Shown: positions 17,194-28,870, counted from the first letter of the stretch. The stretch is DNA of 29,469 bases from Pseudobdellovibrionaceae bacterium (GCA_039810425.1 JBDHWW010000037.1:1-29469), one strand, 5' to 3'. Translations and numbers: made by a program. Notes: generated by a model from the letters alone, not told the origin.

Positions 17194-17958
17194 ATGTTTT
17201 CAAGTCCCGACAACCTCTCTCATTACTCGGTCCGTAACGCTTTCATCTGGTTAGCTCTCGCCTTCCAAGCCGGGGTTGTTAACGCAGGTGGGGTTTTAGC
17301 TTGCCACCGCTTCGTCACTCACACCACGGGCTTCGGCACTTCTTTCGGCATCGAAGTCGCGAATGGCCAAACACAATTGGCTATTGGCATGCTTTCGGTG
17401 CCGCTGTTCTTCGTCTGCGGCGCCATGATCTCAGCCTTTCTTGTCGATCGCCGCTTGATTCAGAACCAACCCCCGAAGTACGCCGCTGTTTTATTTCTAA
17501 TGACTCTTCTGATGGGAACGACTCTTTATGCGGGTCTTGCCGGCCAATTTGGAACTTTCGGCGAACCTCTCACCAGAGCACGTGATTATATTTTGCTCGC
17601 ATTGCTGGCAATGACAAGTGGCTTGCAAAATGCCATGGTCACCACGGCGTTCGGCGCCATTGTCCGCACCACGCACCTTACGGGAATTTCAACCGACCTG
17701 GGCATCGGCCTTATCCGGTTGATCTCGAACGCGCAAAAACCGGAACAACGTCGTAACGAAGTCCGTGCGACCTGGATGCGCGCGGGGATAATCTCTTCAT
17801 TTATCCTCGGTTCTACGCTATCTTCTTTTATCTATCTTTCAGTGCAATACTGGGGGTTTGTCATCCCATTCCTGATTTCTGCCCTCTTGTGGATGATTAG
17901 CCTAAGCTTCTTCAAAAAAGAAACCCTGTTGTCGTTGAAAAATAAGATCGCCAGTTAG
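17194..17958 (+). CDS. YoaK/DUF1275 family membrane protein
   Basis: LAFQAGVVNA, FVTHTTG, GLQNA, VRTTHLTG..TDLG. Confidence 0.9.
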   Translation: MFSSPDNLSHYSVRNAFIWLALAFQAGVVNAGGVLACHRFVTHTTGFGTSFGIEVANGQTQLAIGMLSVPLFFVCGAMISAFLVDRRLIQNQPPKYAAVLFLMTLLMGTTLYAGLAGQFGTFGEPLTRARDYILLALLAMTSGLQNAMVTTAFGAIVRTTHLTGISTDLGIGLIRLISNAQKPEQRRNEVRATWMRAGIISSFILGSTLSSFIYLSVQYWGFVIPFLISALLWMISLSFFKKETLLSLKNKIAS

Positions 17959-17966
17959 GACATGCA

Positions 17967-19568
17967 ATGATTGATTTGGGCAACTCGTTTTTTATTATTT
18001 TGATCAGCGGTATCGCTATTTTCTTGTACGGGATGAGCATGGCGAGCCACTCCCTCGAAAAGCTGATGGCCAACAAGATCACAGGCCTGATGCACAAATT
18101 ATCTGAAAGCAAGTTCCTCTCCATCGTGGTCGGCATTTCTTTGACCACTCTTTTGCAAAGTTCCGGTGCGGTCACGTCCATGCTTGTCGGGTTGGGCTCA
18201 GCGCGCGTAATCACCTTGCGGCAAGTGATGGGCGTGATCATTGGAACCGCGATCGGCTCGACGCTGACAGTTCAATTGATCTCTTTGGATTTGGGGCAGT
18301 ACGCATTGCCGCTTTTCACTATTGCTTTTGCGGTATACTTCCGTGCGAAAAAGCCCGTGTTTAAAAATATCGCCATGGTTTTTATGGGCTTTGGCATGCT
18401 CTTCTTAGGATTAAAACTCATCGGCACTAGCGCGCACCATTTTGCTGAAATGGAAATGATGAAGGACGTTTTCAAGTCGCTGCGGGATAATCCAATGTAC
18501 TCACTGATGATCTCGATGGTCTTTTGTATGTTCGTCCAAAGCAGTGCCGTGACCATCGGTATTGCGATGAGCCTTGCAAGCGTTGGTGTGATCTCAATCT
18601 ACGATGCGATGCTGTGGGTTTACGGCGCAAACATCGGAACGACATCGGTTGCCTTGATTGCGGCGGCCGGCAGCAACCATATCGGCAAGCAAGTGGCTTG
18701 GGCGCATTTTTTCTATAAACTTTTGAGCGCGGTTCTTTTCTATCCGTTCACGAATATCTTTATTGAGTTCCTTGAAACCTTCAACACAACGCCTTCCCGC
18801 ATGACGGCGAACGGCCATTTGGCCTTTAACGTGATTTCCGCAATCGCCTTCTTTCCATTCATCAATAAGGCCGCGAGTTTTATCGAGAAGATGTTCCCGC
18901 CAAACCCTGAAGATGCCTTCGGCACTGAGTTTGTAAATCTCAACAACTATCAGAGCTCCGCCCTGGCGGTATCTTACGCAAACCGTGAGATCATGCGGAC
19001 CGCCGACATCGTGCGCAGCATGATTGAGGACTCCATCCGCCTATTTGAAACCGCGGATCCGGTGCTCATTCAGTCAATCAAAGAGCGGGATAACAAGGTG
19101 GACTTCCTTTACCGCGAAACAAAAATGTTCCTTCTCGACCATGCCAACAAAAGCAACACGGTCGTACACCAGAACATCATGAGCATGATTATGTTCATTA
19201 GCGATCTTGAGCGCGCCGCCGATGCCATTGACATCAACATCATTGCCTTGGCGATTAAGAAAAATGCGCTTCACTTGGAATTTTCTGACGAAGGCATGTC
19301 TGAGATCAAAAGCCTGCACAGTCAAGTTGTGATGGTGGCGCAAATGGCGATCAACTCATACCAGACTCGCGAACTCTGCCCTGAAGTGATTCAGCTAAAG
19401 CGCGAACTCGCGAAGCATGAGATTTCACTTCGTGAAAATCATATCGGCCGCCTGAACCGCGGCATGCGTGACTCCATCAACACGAGCTCCATTCACTTGG
19501 ATCTTTTGAGCGAGTACCGCCGTATCGCAAGCTTGCTTTGCAACCACGCTTATTCGACCCAGAAATGA
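17967..19568 (+). CDS. Na+/Pi cotransporter family protein (YjbB-like) with PhoU-like C-terminus
   Basis: Two QSS repeats, GTAIGST and GANIGTT, DLERAAD in the soluble tail. Confidence 0.92.
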   Translation: MIDLGNSFFIILISGIAIFLYGMSMASHSLEKLMANKITGLMHKLSESKFLSIVVGISLTTLLQSSGAVTSMLVGLGSARVITLRQVMGVIIGTAIGSTLTVQLISLDLGQYALPLFTIAFAVYFRAKKPVFKNIAMVFMGFGMLFLGLKLIGTSAHHFAEMEMMKDVFKSLRDNPMYSLMISMVFCMFVQSSAVTIGIAMSLASVGVISIYDAMLWVYGANIGTTSVALIAAAGSNHIGKQVAWAHFFYKLLSAVLFYPFTNIFIEFLETFNTTPSRMTANGHLAFNVISAIAFFPFINKAASFIEKMFPPNPEDAFGTEFVNLNNYQSSALAVSYANREIMRTADIVRSMIEDSIRLFETADPVLIQSIKERDNKVDFLYRETKMFLLDHANKSNTVVHQNIMSMIMFISDLERAADAIDINIIALAIKKNALHLEFSDEGMSEIKSLHSQVVMVAQMAINSYQTRELCPEVIQLKRELAKHEISLRENHIGRLNRGMRDSINTSSIHLDLLSEYRRIASLLCNHAYSTQK

Positions 19569-19582
19569 TAGGAGCGCTTCCC

Positions 19583-19918
19583 ATGCTACGCAGTATCAGC
19601 CTGCTGTTTTTTTCAAATATTTTTATGACATTTGCGTGGTATGTCCACTTAAAGAACTTTAAATCTGGTGCGATATGGATTGCCATTCTTGTCAGCTGGG
19701 GGATTGCTTTTTTCGAGTACTGCCTGCAAGTTCCCGCCAATAGAATTGGCTCCGACTATTTTTCTCTTCCCCAACTGAAGGTCATCCAGGAAGTGACGAC
19801 GATGGTCGTCTTTGCCGGCTTTACAGTCATGTATATGAAACAACCCATCAAATTAGACTTTCTCTGGGCGAGTCTCTGCATGATCGGCGCGGTTTACTTC
19901 ATGTTCCGCGGGGCCTAA
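19583..19918 (+). CDS. DMT family (DUF486) small membrane protein
   Basis: SNIFMTFAWY.HLK, SWGIAFFEY.LQVPANRIG, QLKVIQE; start at ATG 19583 (RBS AGGAG). Confidence 0.9.
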   Translation: MLRSISLLFFSNIFMTFAWYVHLKNFKSGAIWIAILVSWGIAFFEYCLQVPANRIGSDYFSLPQLKVIQEVTTMVVFAGFTVMYMKQPIKLDFLWASLCMIGAVYFMFRGA

Positions 19919-20484
19919 TTGACGGGACGAACTTTTTGCGTCGCCTTGAGGACCGCCTCAAATTCACGCTGAAATTTCCCCATCACATCTTGAGCGACCT
20001 TTTCCGGGCTTAATTTTAAATCTTCCAGACTGCAAGTTTCAACCGGAGTGCCCTTGTTGGTGCAATTGATTGCCAAATGAATCATCGTCGAAACTGGCGA
20101 CTTCGTGGCAATGCTGATATTGAGCTTCTTCTCGCCCCAGAAAATATCATCACCCTCGCGCTCTAGTTGAGCCTTCCCAAGAGCGACGTGCGCTTCGGCT
20201 TGCAAATAGTCTCGAATAATTGAAGCAAAAAGTCTTTGCAGCGCCACCCCCGAAAACAGATCGCGGTCAAAGACCTCAATGATAAAGTGCAACATCTCGG
20301 CGCCTGCAATCGGCGACTTTGCGAGCAGGTCTTCCCCATCCACCATGTGCTCGAATGAAATATCACAAGGACCGGCCCAACTGACTATGGAGTTTCCAAG
20401 GACGCCGTAGGTGAGATACGCGTACAAGGATTTCAGCTGAGTGCCATCATAAGTGATTTTTTCTTTGATAAAAAGTCTCTGCAT
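19915..20484 (-). CDS. DUF366 family protein
   Basis: YDGTQL...AY...G..G.SIV.W.GPC, MVD.ED, MLHFIIE, QRL, GDD...KL.ISIAT. Confidence 0.85.
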   Translation of the reverse strand: MQRLFIKEKITYDGTQLKSLYAYLTYGVLGNSIVSWAGPCDISFEHMVDGEDLLAKSPIAGAEMLHFIIEVFDRDLFSGVALQRLFASIIRDYLQAEAHVALGKAQLEREGDDIFWGEKKLNISIATKSPVSTMIHLAINCTNKGTPVETCSLEDLKLSPEKVAQDVMGKFQREFEAVLKATQKVRPVN

Positions 20485-20492
20485 GAACTCTC

Positions 20493-21179
20493 CTATGTTA
20501 GATATAAATTTTTAGCTTCAACACCCGCCACCGCAAAAGCGCGTTTCGAGCGCAGGCAAGACTCACACTCGCCACACCATTTCTCTTTCGCCAAATAACA
20601 AGGCCACAGAAGGTGCCATGGCATATTCAACGCCACCCCCTTCTTAACGATATCCGGTTTCTGCAACTTTACAGTGAAACACTCAACCTGCACATGATTC
20701 GCCGTCGAATACGAGAGCGACCGGGTGAGGTCTTTCATGAAAGCTTCGGAATTATCAGGGAAGGTCGTAGCTTCTTCAGCGTTAAAGCCAGGAATCACAA
20801 TCTGTGCGCCGAGAGCCTCGGCAAACGCCGCCCCGATATTAAGGAAAATACCATTGCGATTTGGTACCCAAACGGATTTCGCCGTTTGTAGCGACTGCGC
20901 CTGGCTTTGAATATCCACATTTTTACCCGTGGGAACTGTTTCTGAATCCATCAAAAGCGATGACGTATTGAAGTCCTTAAACCACGGCAAAGACAAAACT
21001 TTATGCGGGATATTCAGGTGCGCTGCAAGCTTTGCCGAGGACTCGACCTCCTTCTTGGAGGCTTTCTGGCCGTAGTCAAACGTCAGCGCCAACACCACGT
21101 CTTCTTTTTGCGCGGCCACAAAAAGATTTACAGAGGAATCCAGCCCCGATGACAACAATACGACAGCTTTTCTTTTCAT
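20493..21179 (-). CDS. queC: 7-cyano-7-deazaguanine synthase
   Basis: SSGLDS PP-loop, FDYGQ, WVPNRN, FPDN, CY..CGECESC zinc site. Confidence 0.93.
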   Translation of the reverse strand: MKRKAVVLLSSGLDSSVNLFVAAQKEDVVLALTFDYGQKASKKEVESSAKLAAHLNIPHKVLSLPWFKDFNTSSLLMDSETVPTGKNVDIQSQAQSLQTAKSVWVPNRNGIFLNIGAAFAEALGAQIVIPGFNAEEATTFPDNSEAFMKDLTRSLSYSTANHVQVECFTVKLQKPDIVKKGVALNMPWHLLWPCYLAKEKWCGECESCLRSKRAFAVAGVEAKNLYLT

Positions 21180-21194
21180 GATAATAAAACCTTG

Positions 21195-22910
21195 TTAGTT
21201 ACTCGGACGCAAATCGCGGACTAAAATCTGAATGCTCTTTTGTCCCGCGAAATAATTCCACTGCAGCTCGCCCAAAACATCGAGGTAAGCCACGTCGCTC
21301 TCGAGAACCTGAAGCTGACGAGGCGATGGAGAGAATAGCAAAGCTTCCTGACTAGAAGGTCCCCCATCACCGTCGAGCAGTTTTAAACGCCAGTGACCAC
21401 CTTTGAGACTTTTCTTAGAATGCACCATCACCCGCTGAAAATGAATCAATGGCGTTGTAAAACCGGTACCGAATGGACCGACGAAATCATACCACTTCAT
21501 GAGCGGGGTTCCAACATCCGCGAGTTTCGCCTCAACATCATAGAAGACTTCAAGCGCTTTTGGTTTTTCATGAAGATCCTGGAAATACTTTTCCAAGCGG
21601 TCCATCACTCCTTCAAGCTTGTCCGCATGCAGTTCGAAACCCGACGCCGCGGAGTGCCCGCCAAAGCGACTCAGCAAATCACCTGCCGAAGCCAGGGCCT
21701 CCACCAAACAAGCTTCTTGCCCTTGTGGCAAGCGCGCACTGCCGACGATCACATTGTCATCACCCCACGCGCCCACGAAGGCCGGCTGGTTAAAGACCTG
21801 AGAAAGCTTGGTCGCAATAAGCCCCACGACCCCGCGATGGAAATTGCGAGACGCCACAAAGACAAAATTTTCGCGGTTCCAATCCTTGAGAAGCTCCATC
21901 GCTTCAGCTTCCGCATCGCTTTGCAGCTGCACGCGCGTGGAATTGTTTTTCAAAACCTGACGAACCATTTCATTGGCTTTGCCGTCGTCATCAACAAGGA
22001 ATAAATCAATCGGTAAAATACCGGACTCCATGCGGCTAAGAGCATTTAATTTCGGCGCAAAACGAATCGCGACGTCCTGGCTCGTCAGCGCGCGGTTATC
22101 AAGGCCGAGTTCAATCAAAAGCGCGCGCAGACCCGGCCGCTTTGTCTCGGCCAGCTTCAAAAGACCGTGCTTCACGAGCACGCGATTGTCCTCCACGAGA
22201 GGCACCATGTCCGTTAAGGTGGCAATCGTGAAAAAATCTAAAACATCTTTCAAATCAAAATTATTTTTCGGAAGGCCCGGATGGTCCACAAAGTAACGCT
22301 TCAAAGCCCGCAACAGATAAAACGCCACCCCCGCTCCGCAGAGATAGCCTAAGCCCGAAACATCGGCTCCATGGTTGGGGTTCACAACGACATAGGCCGG
22401 CGGCAAAACAGGTCCCGGCAAGTGGTGATCCGTCAGAATCACATCCACTCCGATTTTCCGGGCCGTTTCAACCGCAGGAATCGCGGTAATTCCCACGTCC
22501 ACGGTCACGATCAACGTCACACCTTGCTTATGCAGCTCTTCAACCACATCGGCATGAAAACCATACCCTTGCGACAAGCGCTTGGGCTGATAATGAATGA
22601 CGTCGGCAAAACCCAAAGCCAGCATGCCGGTTTTTAGCAACGCCAGCCCCGAAGTGCCATCCAAGTCAAAATCGGCATAGATACAAATTTTTTCTTTATT
22701 GAGGGCTGCGCGACCCAAGCGCTCCACGGCCCTAGCCATGCCATTTAAAAGCATCGGTTCTTTTAGCTCTGTTAACTTAGGAAATAAAAGCTTGTCGACC
22801 TGCTCAGAAGCCGCAAACCCCCGGGAGGCGAGAATTTTGCCGATCAGAGGAGGAAAGGGTCCCTCTGCCGGTTTAATCTCTTGATCTCGCGATCTCCAAA
22901 GAGGACTCAT
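21195..22910 (-). CDS. recJ: ssDNA-specific exonuclease RecJ
   Basis: DFDLDG, TVDVG, TDHH, LCGAGVAF, D.VPL..DNR, GVVGL.A, GSAR, FGGH, PFG. Confidence 0.96.
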   Translation of the reverse strand: MSPLWRSRDQEIKPAEGPFPPLIGKILASRGFAASEQVDKLLFPKLTELKEPMLLNGMARAVERLGRAALNKEKICIYADFDLDGTSGLALLKTGMLALGFADVIHYQPKRLSQGYGFHADVVEELHKQGVTLIVTVDVGITAIPAVETARKIGVDVILTDHHLPGPVLPPAYVVVNPNHGADVSGLGYLCGAGVAFYLLRALKRYFVDHPGLPKNNFDLKDVLDFFTIATLTDMVPLVEDNRVLVKHGLLKLAETKRPGLRALLIELGLDNRALTSQDVAIRFAPKLNALSRMESGILPIDLFLVDDDGKANEMVRQVLKNNSTRVQLQSDAEAEAMELLKDWNRENFVFVASRNFHRGVVGLIATKLSQVFNQPAFVGAWGDDNVIVGSARLPQGQEACLVEALASAGDLLSRFGGHSAASGFELHADKLEGVMDRLEKYFQDLHEKPKALEVFYDVEAKLADVGTPLMKWYDFVGPFGTGFTTPLIHFQRVMVHSKKSLKGGHWRLKLLDGDGGPSSQEALLFSPSPRQLQVLESDVAYLDVLGELQWNYFAGQKSIQILVRDLRPSN

Positions 22911-22982
22911 TCCTGCTCCCGTGTTTCAGTTAAAGGCCGCCATCATCCCGGCGGTACCCCGAAAGATGGAATATTATAAAAC

Positions 22983-23008
22983 AAAAAAGGCGACTTTTCA
23001 GCCGCCTT
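22983..23008 (-). terminator. Rho-independent terminator after secF
   Basis: Minus strand AAGGCGGCT-GAAA-AGTCGCCTT followed by a T-run. Confidence 0.85.
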
Positions 23009-23017
23009 CTTCGAAGC

Positions 23018-23971
23018 TTACGCCGCTTTAGCGCGCGCTAACTTCAATTTTTCCATGATCAACACAAAAGGTGCCGCCACGTAAATCGAAGAGTAGGTAC
23101 CGAAGAAGATACCAATACAGATCGCAAAGGCGATATCTGACACCGTTCCATCAGCAAACAAATACAAACAAAGTGCGGATACGAATGTCGTCCCAGAAGT
23201 AATGATAGTGCGGCCGAACATATCGTTGATCGCTCTATTCACGACAAAGTGAATGCCTTTGTCGCGGTAGTGCCCCTCTGTTTCACGGATACGGTCAAAC
23301 ACCACGATGGTGTCATTCAACGAAAAACCAATCAATGACAGCAAGGCCGCCAAAACCGGTACGTTCACTTCTTTACCCACCAAAACGAAGATCGCTAAAG
23401 TGATGATCACGTCATGCACCAAGCACACCACCGCACCTGGGGCGAATTTGTAATCAAAGCGAAGACCAACGTACACAAGGATCACGATCAAGCAGTAGAA
23501 TACCGCCAGAAACCCATTGCGCTTCAACTCCGCTCCCACCTGGGGACCCACCGTATCCACGCGGCGGATATCTGGTTCGTTTGCCGTGAGGTCTTTGCTG
23601 ATGGCATCTTTCAAACGTGCAATCGATGCATTCAAGAGCTCGTTCGTTTCTTTATCTGTTTTGCCGTGTTCGCCTTGGAAACGGATAATGTACTCATTCT
23701 GGTCACCGAAGCTTTGAACACCGACTTCGCCGAGGTTCAATTTTTCAGTCGCCTTACGGACCTGATCAATATGAGTTTCTTTAGCGAACTTCACCTGCAT
23801 CTCGGTACCGCCCTTGAAGTCAATACCCCAAGTAACACCGTGAATCGCAAGATAGATCAGAGAAACAATCACCAACAACAATGAAATACCGCCAAAAAGG
23901 CCGACCTTACCTACGAAGTCGACACGGCCAGAAGAGTCCTGTGGATTCGTTTTATTTACGTTTTTTTCCAT
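23018..23971 (-). CDS. secF: Protein translocase subunit SecF
   Basis: GIDFKGG, VGPQVG, HDV, GFSLNDTIVVFDRIRE, GTYSS; start could be 23980, 23977 or 23971 (AGGTG spacing favours 23971). Confidence 0.96.
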   Translation of the reverse strand: MEKNVNKTNPQDSSGRVDFVGKVGLFGGISLLLVIVSLIYLAIHGVTWGIDFKGGTEMQVKFAKETHIDQVRKATEKLNLGEVGVQSFGDQNEYIIRFQGEHGKTDKETNELLNASIARLKDAISKDLTANEPDIRRVDTVGPQVGAELKRNGFLAVFYCLIVILVYVGLRFDYKFAPGAVVCLVHDVIITLAIFVLVGKEVNVPVLAALLSLIGFSLNDTIVVFDRIRETEGHYRDKGIHFVVNRAINDMFGRTIITSGTTFVSALCLYLFADGTVSDIAFAICIGIFFGTYSSIYVAAPFVLIMEKLKLARAKAA

Positions 23972-23980
23972 ATTCATCAC

Positions 23981-25669
23981 CTATACCGACAATTTCTTAA
24001 CGCCCATTTTGTTTACTAACGTATCCACGATCACTTTAGAAAGGAATACGTTTGCAAACATCGTCGTTATGATACCAATCAACAAGTTCACCGCGAAACC
24101 ACGCACAGGACCTGTTCCAAAGTACAACAAGACAACCGCGGTGGCCGCTGTCGTGATGTTGGCATCGACAATCGCCGACATCGCTCTGTGATAACCCTCT
24201 TGAACAGCGCGCTTCCAAGAAGAACCCGCACGGAGTTCCTCACGAATACGCTCGTTGATCAGAACATTCGCATCCACGGCAAAACCAACGGTCAAGGCGA
24301 TCGCGGCGATACCTGGCAGCGTCAAAGTCGCCCCCAGTGACGTTAGCAATGCAAACACAGAGACGATATTCACGGCCAAGCAAATGTCCGCAATGACACC
24401 CATTGAACGGTAGTAAACCCCCATAAAGATCACAATCAGGATCGCGCCGATATATGAAGCCATTTTAGCTTTATGAATAGAGTCAGACCCCAGCGACGGA
24501 CCAACGCGACGTTCTTCCAACTGCTCCAGAGTCGCAGGCAAGGCCCCGGCACGCAAAGCGGTTGAAATCATCTTCGCTTCTTCCATACCTTTTTGACGGT
24601 CCCGCCCTCCACCCAAAGTGATCACCGCGCGGCCGCCCGAGATACGGTCTTTGATGTTCGGCGCCGATTTAACCACCCGGTCCAAAACAATCGCCATACG
24701 CTGGCCGGTATGTGTACCCGTCAAGTCTGCGAATTGCTTTGCACCATGACTGTTGAAGGTCAGGGCCACTTCTGGCTCGCCGTACTGACCGTAGCTGACG
24801 AAAGCGTCATCCAAAGCACCGCCGTCTAGATCTGTGTCTGTTTTCAACAAATAAGGGATTGCGCCAATTTCCATCTTTGTCGCGTTCTCAGATTTCTCGA
24901 AGTACACAACTGTTTTTTCCGGCAATTTTGCCTTCAAATCATTGTTCAAACGAGTGACGTACTCAGAATACTTCACGGTCGCCATTGAATAGCCGCCCGC
25001 TTTTTCAGCGTCGGCGATCATTGCCTGAAGTTCTTGAATGCTCTTTTCACCAGACACGATCATGAAGTTCAATTTCGCGGTGGTATTGATCAGCTCTTTT
25101 GCACGCTCCGCATCGGCCATACCTGGCAACTGAACCAAGATACGGTTGTCACCTTGCTGGGTAATGCTCGGCTCCGCCACACCGAACTCATCGATACGGT
25201 TACGGATCGTTTCGATCGCTTGATGAATGACCTTTTGCTTATATTCATTCAAATAAGTATCGAAGTAACGGGTCACGATTTCGCTGTCATTTTCGTTCAT
25301 GAGCTGCAAAGTCGTGCCGTAGTGTTTGGTCAAGTACTCTTTCGCTTTTTCTAACGACGCTTTATCACCGGTAATTGTGATTTCGCCTTCTTCAGCCTTC
25401 AAAGATTTCACATCCGTCACGCTGATGTTTTCTTTTGCGAAGTCCGCCTTTAAACTGTTCACCAAACGGCCCGTGGATTCTGCGATCACACCCTGGACGT
25501 CCGCCCCCATCACCAAGTGCAAACCACCCTGGATGTCCAAACCGAAGTTCAATTTGGCTTTAGAAGGCCACCACTTGTTCTCCATGTTCACAACATTCGG
25601 TGTCACCCACACAATCGCGAGTGCAACACCCAATACCGCTAGCACGCTTCTCCAACGCAAACTTTCCAT
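23981..25669 (-). CDS. secD: Protein translocase subunit SecD
   Basis: GLDIQGG, RIDEFGVAEP, VGPSLG, TLPGIA, AVDANVLI.ERIREE, GTGPVRGFA. Confidence 0.97.
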   Translation of the reverse strand: MESLRWRSVLAVLGVALAIVWVTPNVVNMENKWWPSKAKLNFGLDIQGGLHLVMGADVQGVIAESTGRLVNSLKADFAKENISVTDVKSLKAEEGEITITGDKASLEKAKEYLTKHYGTTLQLMNENDSEIVTRYFDTYLNEYKQKVIHQAIETIRNRIDEFGVAEPSITQQGDNRILVQLPGMADAERAKELINTTAKLNFMIVSGEKSIQELQAMIADAEKAGGYSMATVKYSEYVTRLNNDLKAKLPEKTVVYFEKSENATKMEIGAIPYLLKTDTDLDGGALDDAFVSYGQYGEPEVALTFNSHGAKQFADLTGTHTGQRMAIVLDRVVKSAPNIKDRISGGRAVITLGGGRDRQKGMEEAKMISTALRAGALPATLEQLEERRVGPSLGSDSIHKAKMASYIGAILIVIFMGVYYRSMGVIADICLAVNIVSVFALLTSLGATLTLPGIAAIALTVGFAVDANVLINERIREELRAGSSWKRAVQEGYHRAMSAIVDANITTAATAVVLLYFGTGPVRGFAVNLLIGIITTMFANVFLSKVIVDTLVNKMGVKKLSV

Positions 25670-26010
25670 TAGCTCTTTCCTTCTGTTGTTGCTTTTGCCT
25701 GAGATGACAAGATCTGGCTACGCAAGATCTTTACGCGAACTCCATCCGCGATTTCCAAAGTGACAAAAGTGTCGTTGATTCCTTCGATGGTGCCAAGGAT
25801 TCCGCTGGTCGTGATCACGGCGTCACCACGTTTCAGTTCCGTCACGAACTTCTGGTGATCTTTTTGTTTTCTGGCTTGTGGACGGATGATCAAGAAATAG
25901 AAAATCACGAAGATAAATATGAATGGCAAAAACATTTCTAATCCCGACGGCTGGGCGGCGCCGCCAGTTGCTTGAGCAAATGCTTTTGAACCAAAGAGTA
26001 ACCAATACAT
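25669..26010 (-). CDS. yajC: Preprotein translocase subunit YajC
   Basis: IFYFLIIRPQ..KQK, LKRGD.V.T.SGI.G; RBS GGAGG. Confidence 0.96.
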   Translation of the reverse strand: MYWLLFGSKAFAQATGGAAQPSGLEMFLPFIFIFVIFYFLIIRPQARKQKDHQKFVTELKRGDAVITTSGILGTIEGINDTFVTLEIADGVRVKILRSQILSSQAKATTEGKS

Positions 26011-26098
26011 GAATCAACCTCCACTTAAAATAGAAGTAAAAAATTGACCATGTTCTGCTAGCGAAATCAATCGTTTATGATTGGAAACTCTCATTCTG

Positions 26099-28230
<2,132 letters not shown>

Positions 28231-28247
28231 GGTTTAAGTCTTAGCAC

Positions 28248-28275
28248 AAAAAAATGCGGGGCGTAAGCCCCGCAT
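28248..28275 (-). terminator. Rho-independent terminator just upstream of queA
   Basis: Minus strand ATGCGGGGC-TTAC-GCCCCGCAT plus a T-run; perfect 9-bp stem. Confidence 0.88.
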
Positions 28276-28332
28276 GACCTTCTTTGGGGAACCACCAAAC
28301 CCAGAGAAAGTCGAAATACTTGAATTGAAAAC

Positions 28333-28485
28333 CTAGGCGCTGCGTCTCCGCTCTGTGGCCTCCAGTTCGGGCCGTATGAGGCGCCCCTGCATCCGTTGCC
28401 GGGCGACCAAATTCGCCCATATGGCGACGCTTAAGGCCCCTGAGTACACCACACAAAATAATAAGATCATTTGTCCTTCACTCAT
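28333..28485 (-). CDS. Unannotated 50-aa single-TM small protein
   Basis: MSEGQMILLFCVVYSGALSVAIWANLVARQRMQGRLIRPELEATERRRSA*; RBS GGAGG 5 nt upstream; hydrophobic ~22-mer then Arg-rich tail; own terminator. Confidence 0.6.
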   Translation of the reverse strand: MSEGQMILLFCVVYSGALSVAIWANLVARQRMQGRLIRPELEATERRRSA

Positions 28486-28776
28486 TGATTCCTCCGTGAA
28501 TCAGGGCCTATGTTGACGGTGAGGGTTTTAGCCATCCTAGCTCCCCCTTGTTCCGTCTTGAGGAGCTTCCGTGCCCCTCTGTCTTTGTGACTGATGAGGG
28601 CATTTTCTAGGTTAATTAATCCGCTCTTTTTTTAAGCAAAATTCTTTGGCACCTGGTCCAAACTTCCAAAATACCGACCAGGGTCCTGAAACTTATCAGG
28701 TTTTGGCGATTGACTCCCCCCAGCCCAATATGGTTTAAAGGGAGTCCCTCAGAATCAATACAGATTCATTTTGTGC

Positions 28777-28815
28777 GCGCGGATGGTGGAATTGGTAGAC
28801 ACGTACGTTTGAGGG
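28777..28815 (+). pseudogene. 5' half of the resident tRNA-Leu(GAG), truncated after the anticodon loop (att junction)
   Basis: GCGCGGA TG GTGGAATTGGTAGACAC G TACGT TTGAGGG, then non-tRNA AT-rich sequence; no variable arm, T arm or 3' acceptor strand. Confidence 0.9.
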
Positions 28816-28870
28816 ACTTGTTAAGTTTTTTATTTATGAAAGGAAAATTAAAGGTTTAAATTGGTATTGG

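Noticed and set aside
22911..22982. c-di-GMP-I riboswitch in the recJ-secF gap (GAAA and a GC-rich hairpin)
   Set aside because: Lacks the GEMM P2/P3 and tetraloop-receptor arrangement; better read as the recJ promoter (TATAAT at 22973-22978, minus strand) and leader
28231..28330. preQ1 riboswitch upstream of queA (or queC)
   Set aside because: GGTTC is present, but there is no preQ1-I P1 stem with an A-rich tail; the hairpins fit the upstream transcript's 3' end; the recJ-queC gap is only 15 nt
28241..28456. 71-aa minus-strand ORF in the track
   Set aside because: No RBS and runs through a terminator; the 50-aa ORF in another frame has the RBS and a TM helix
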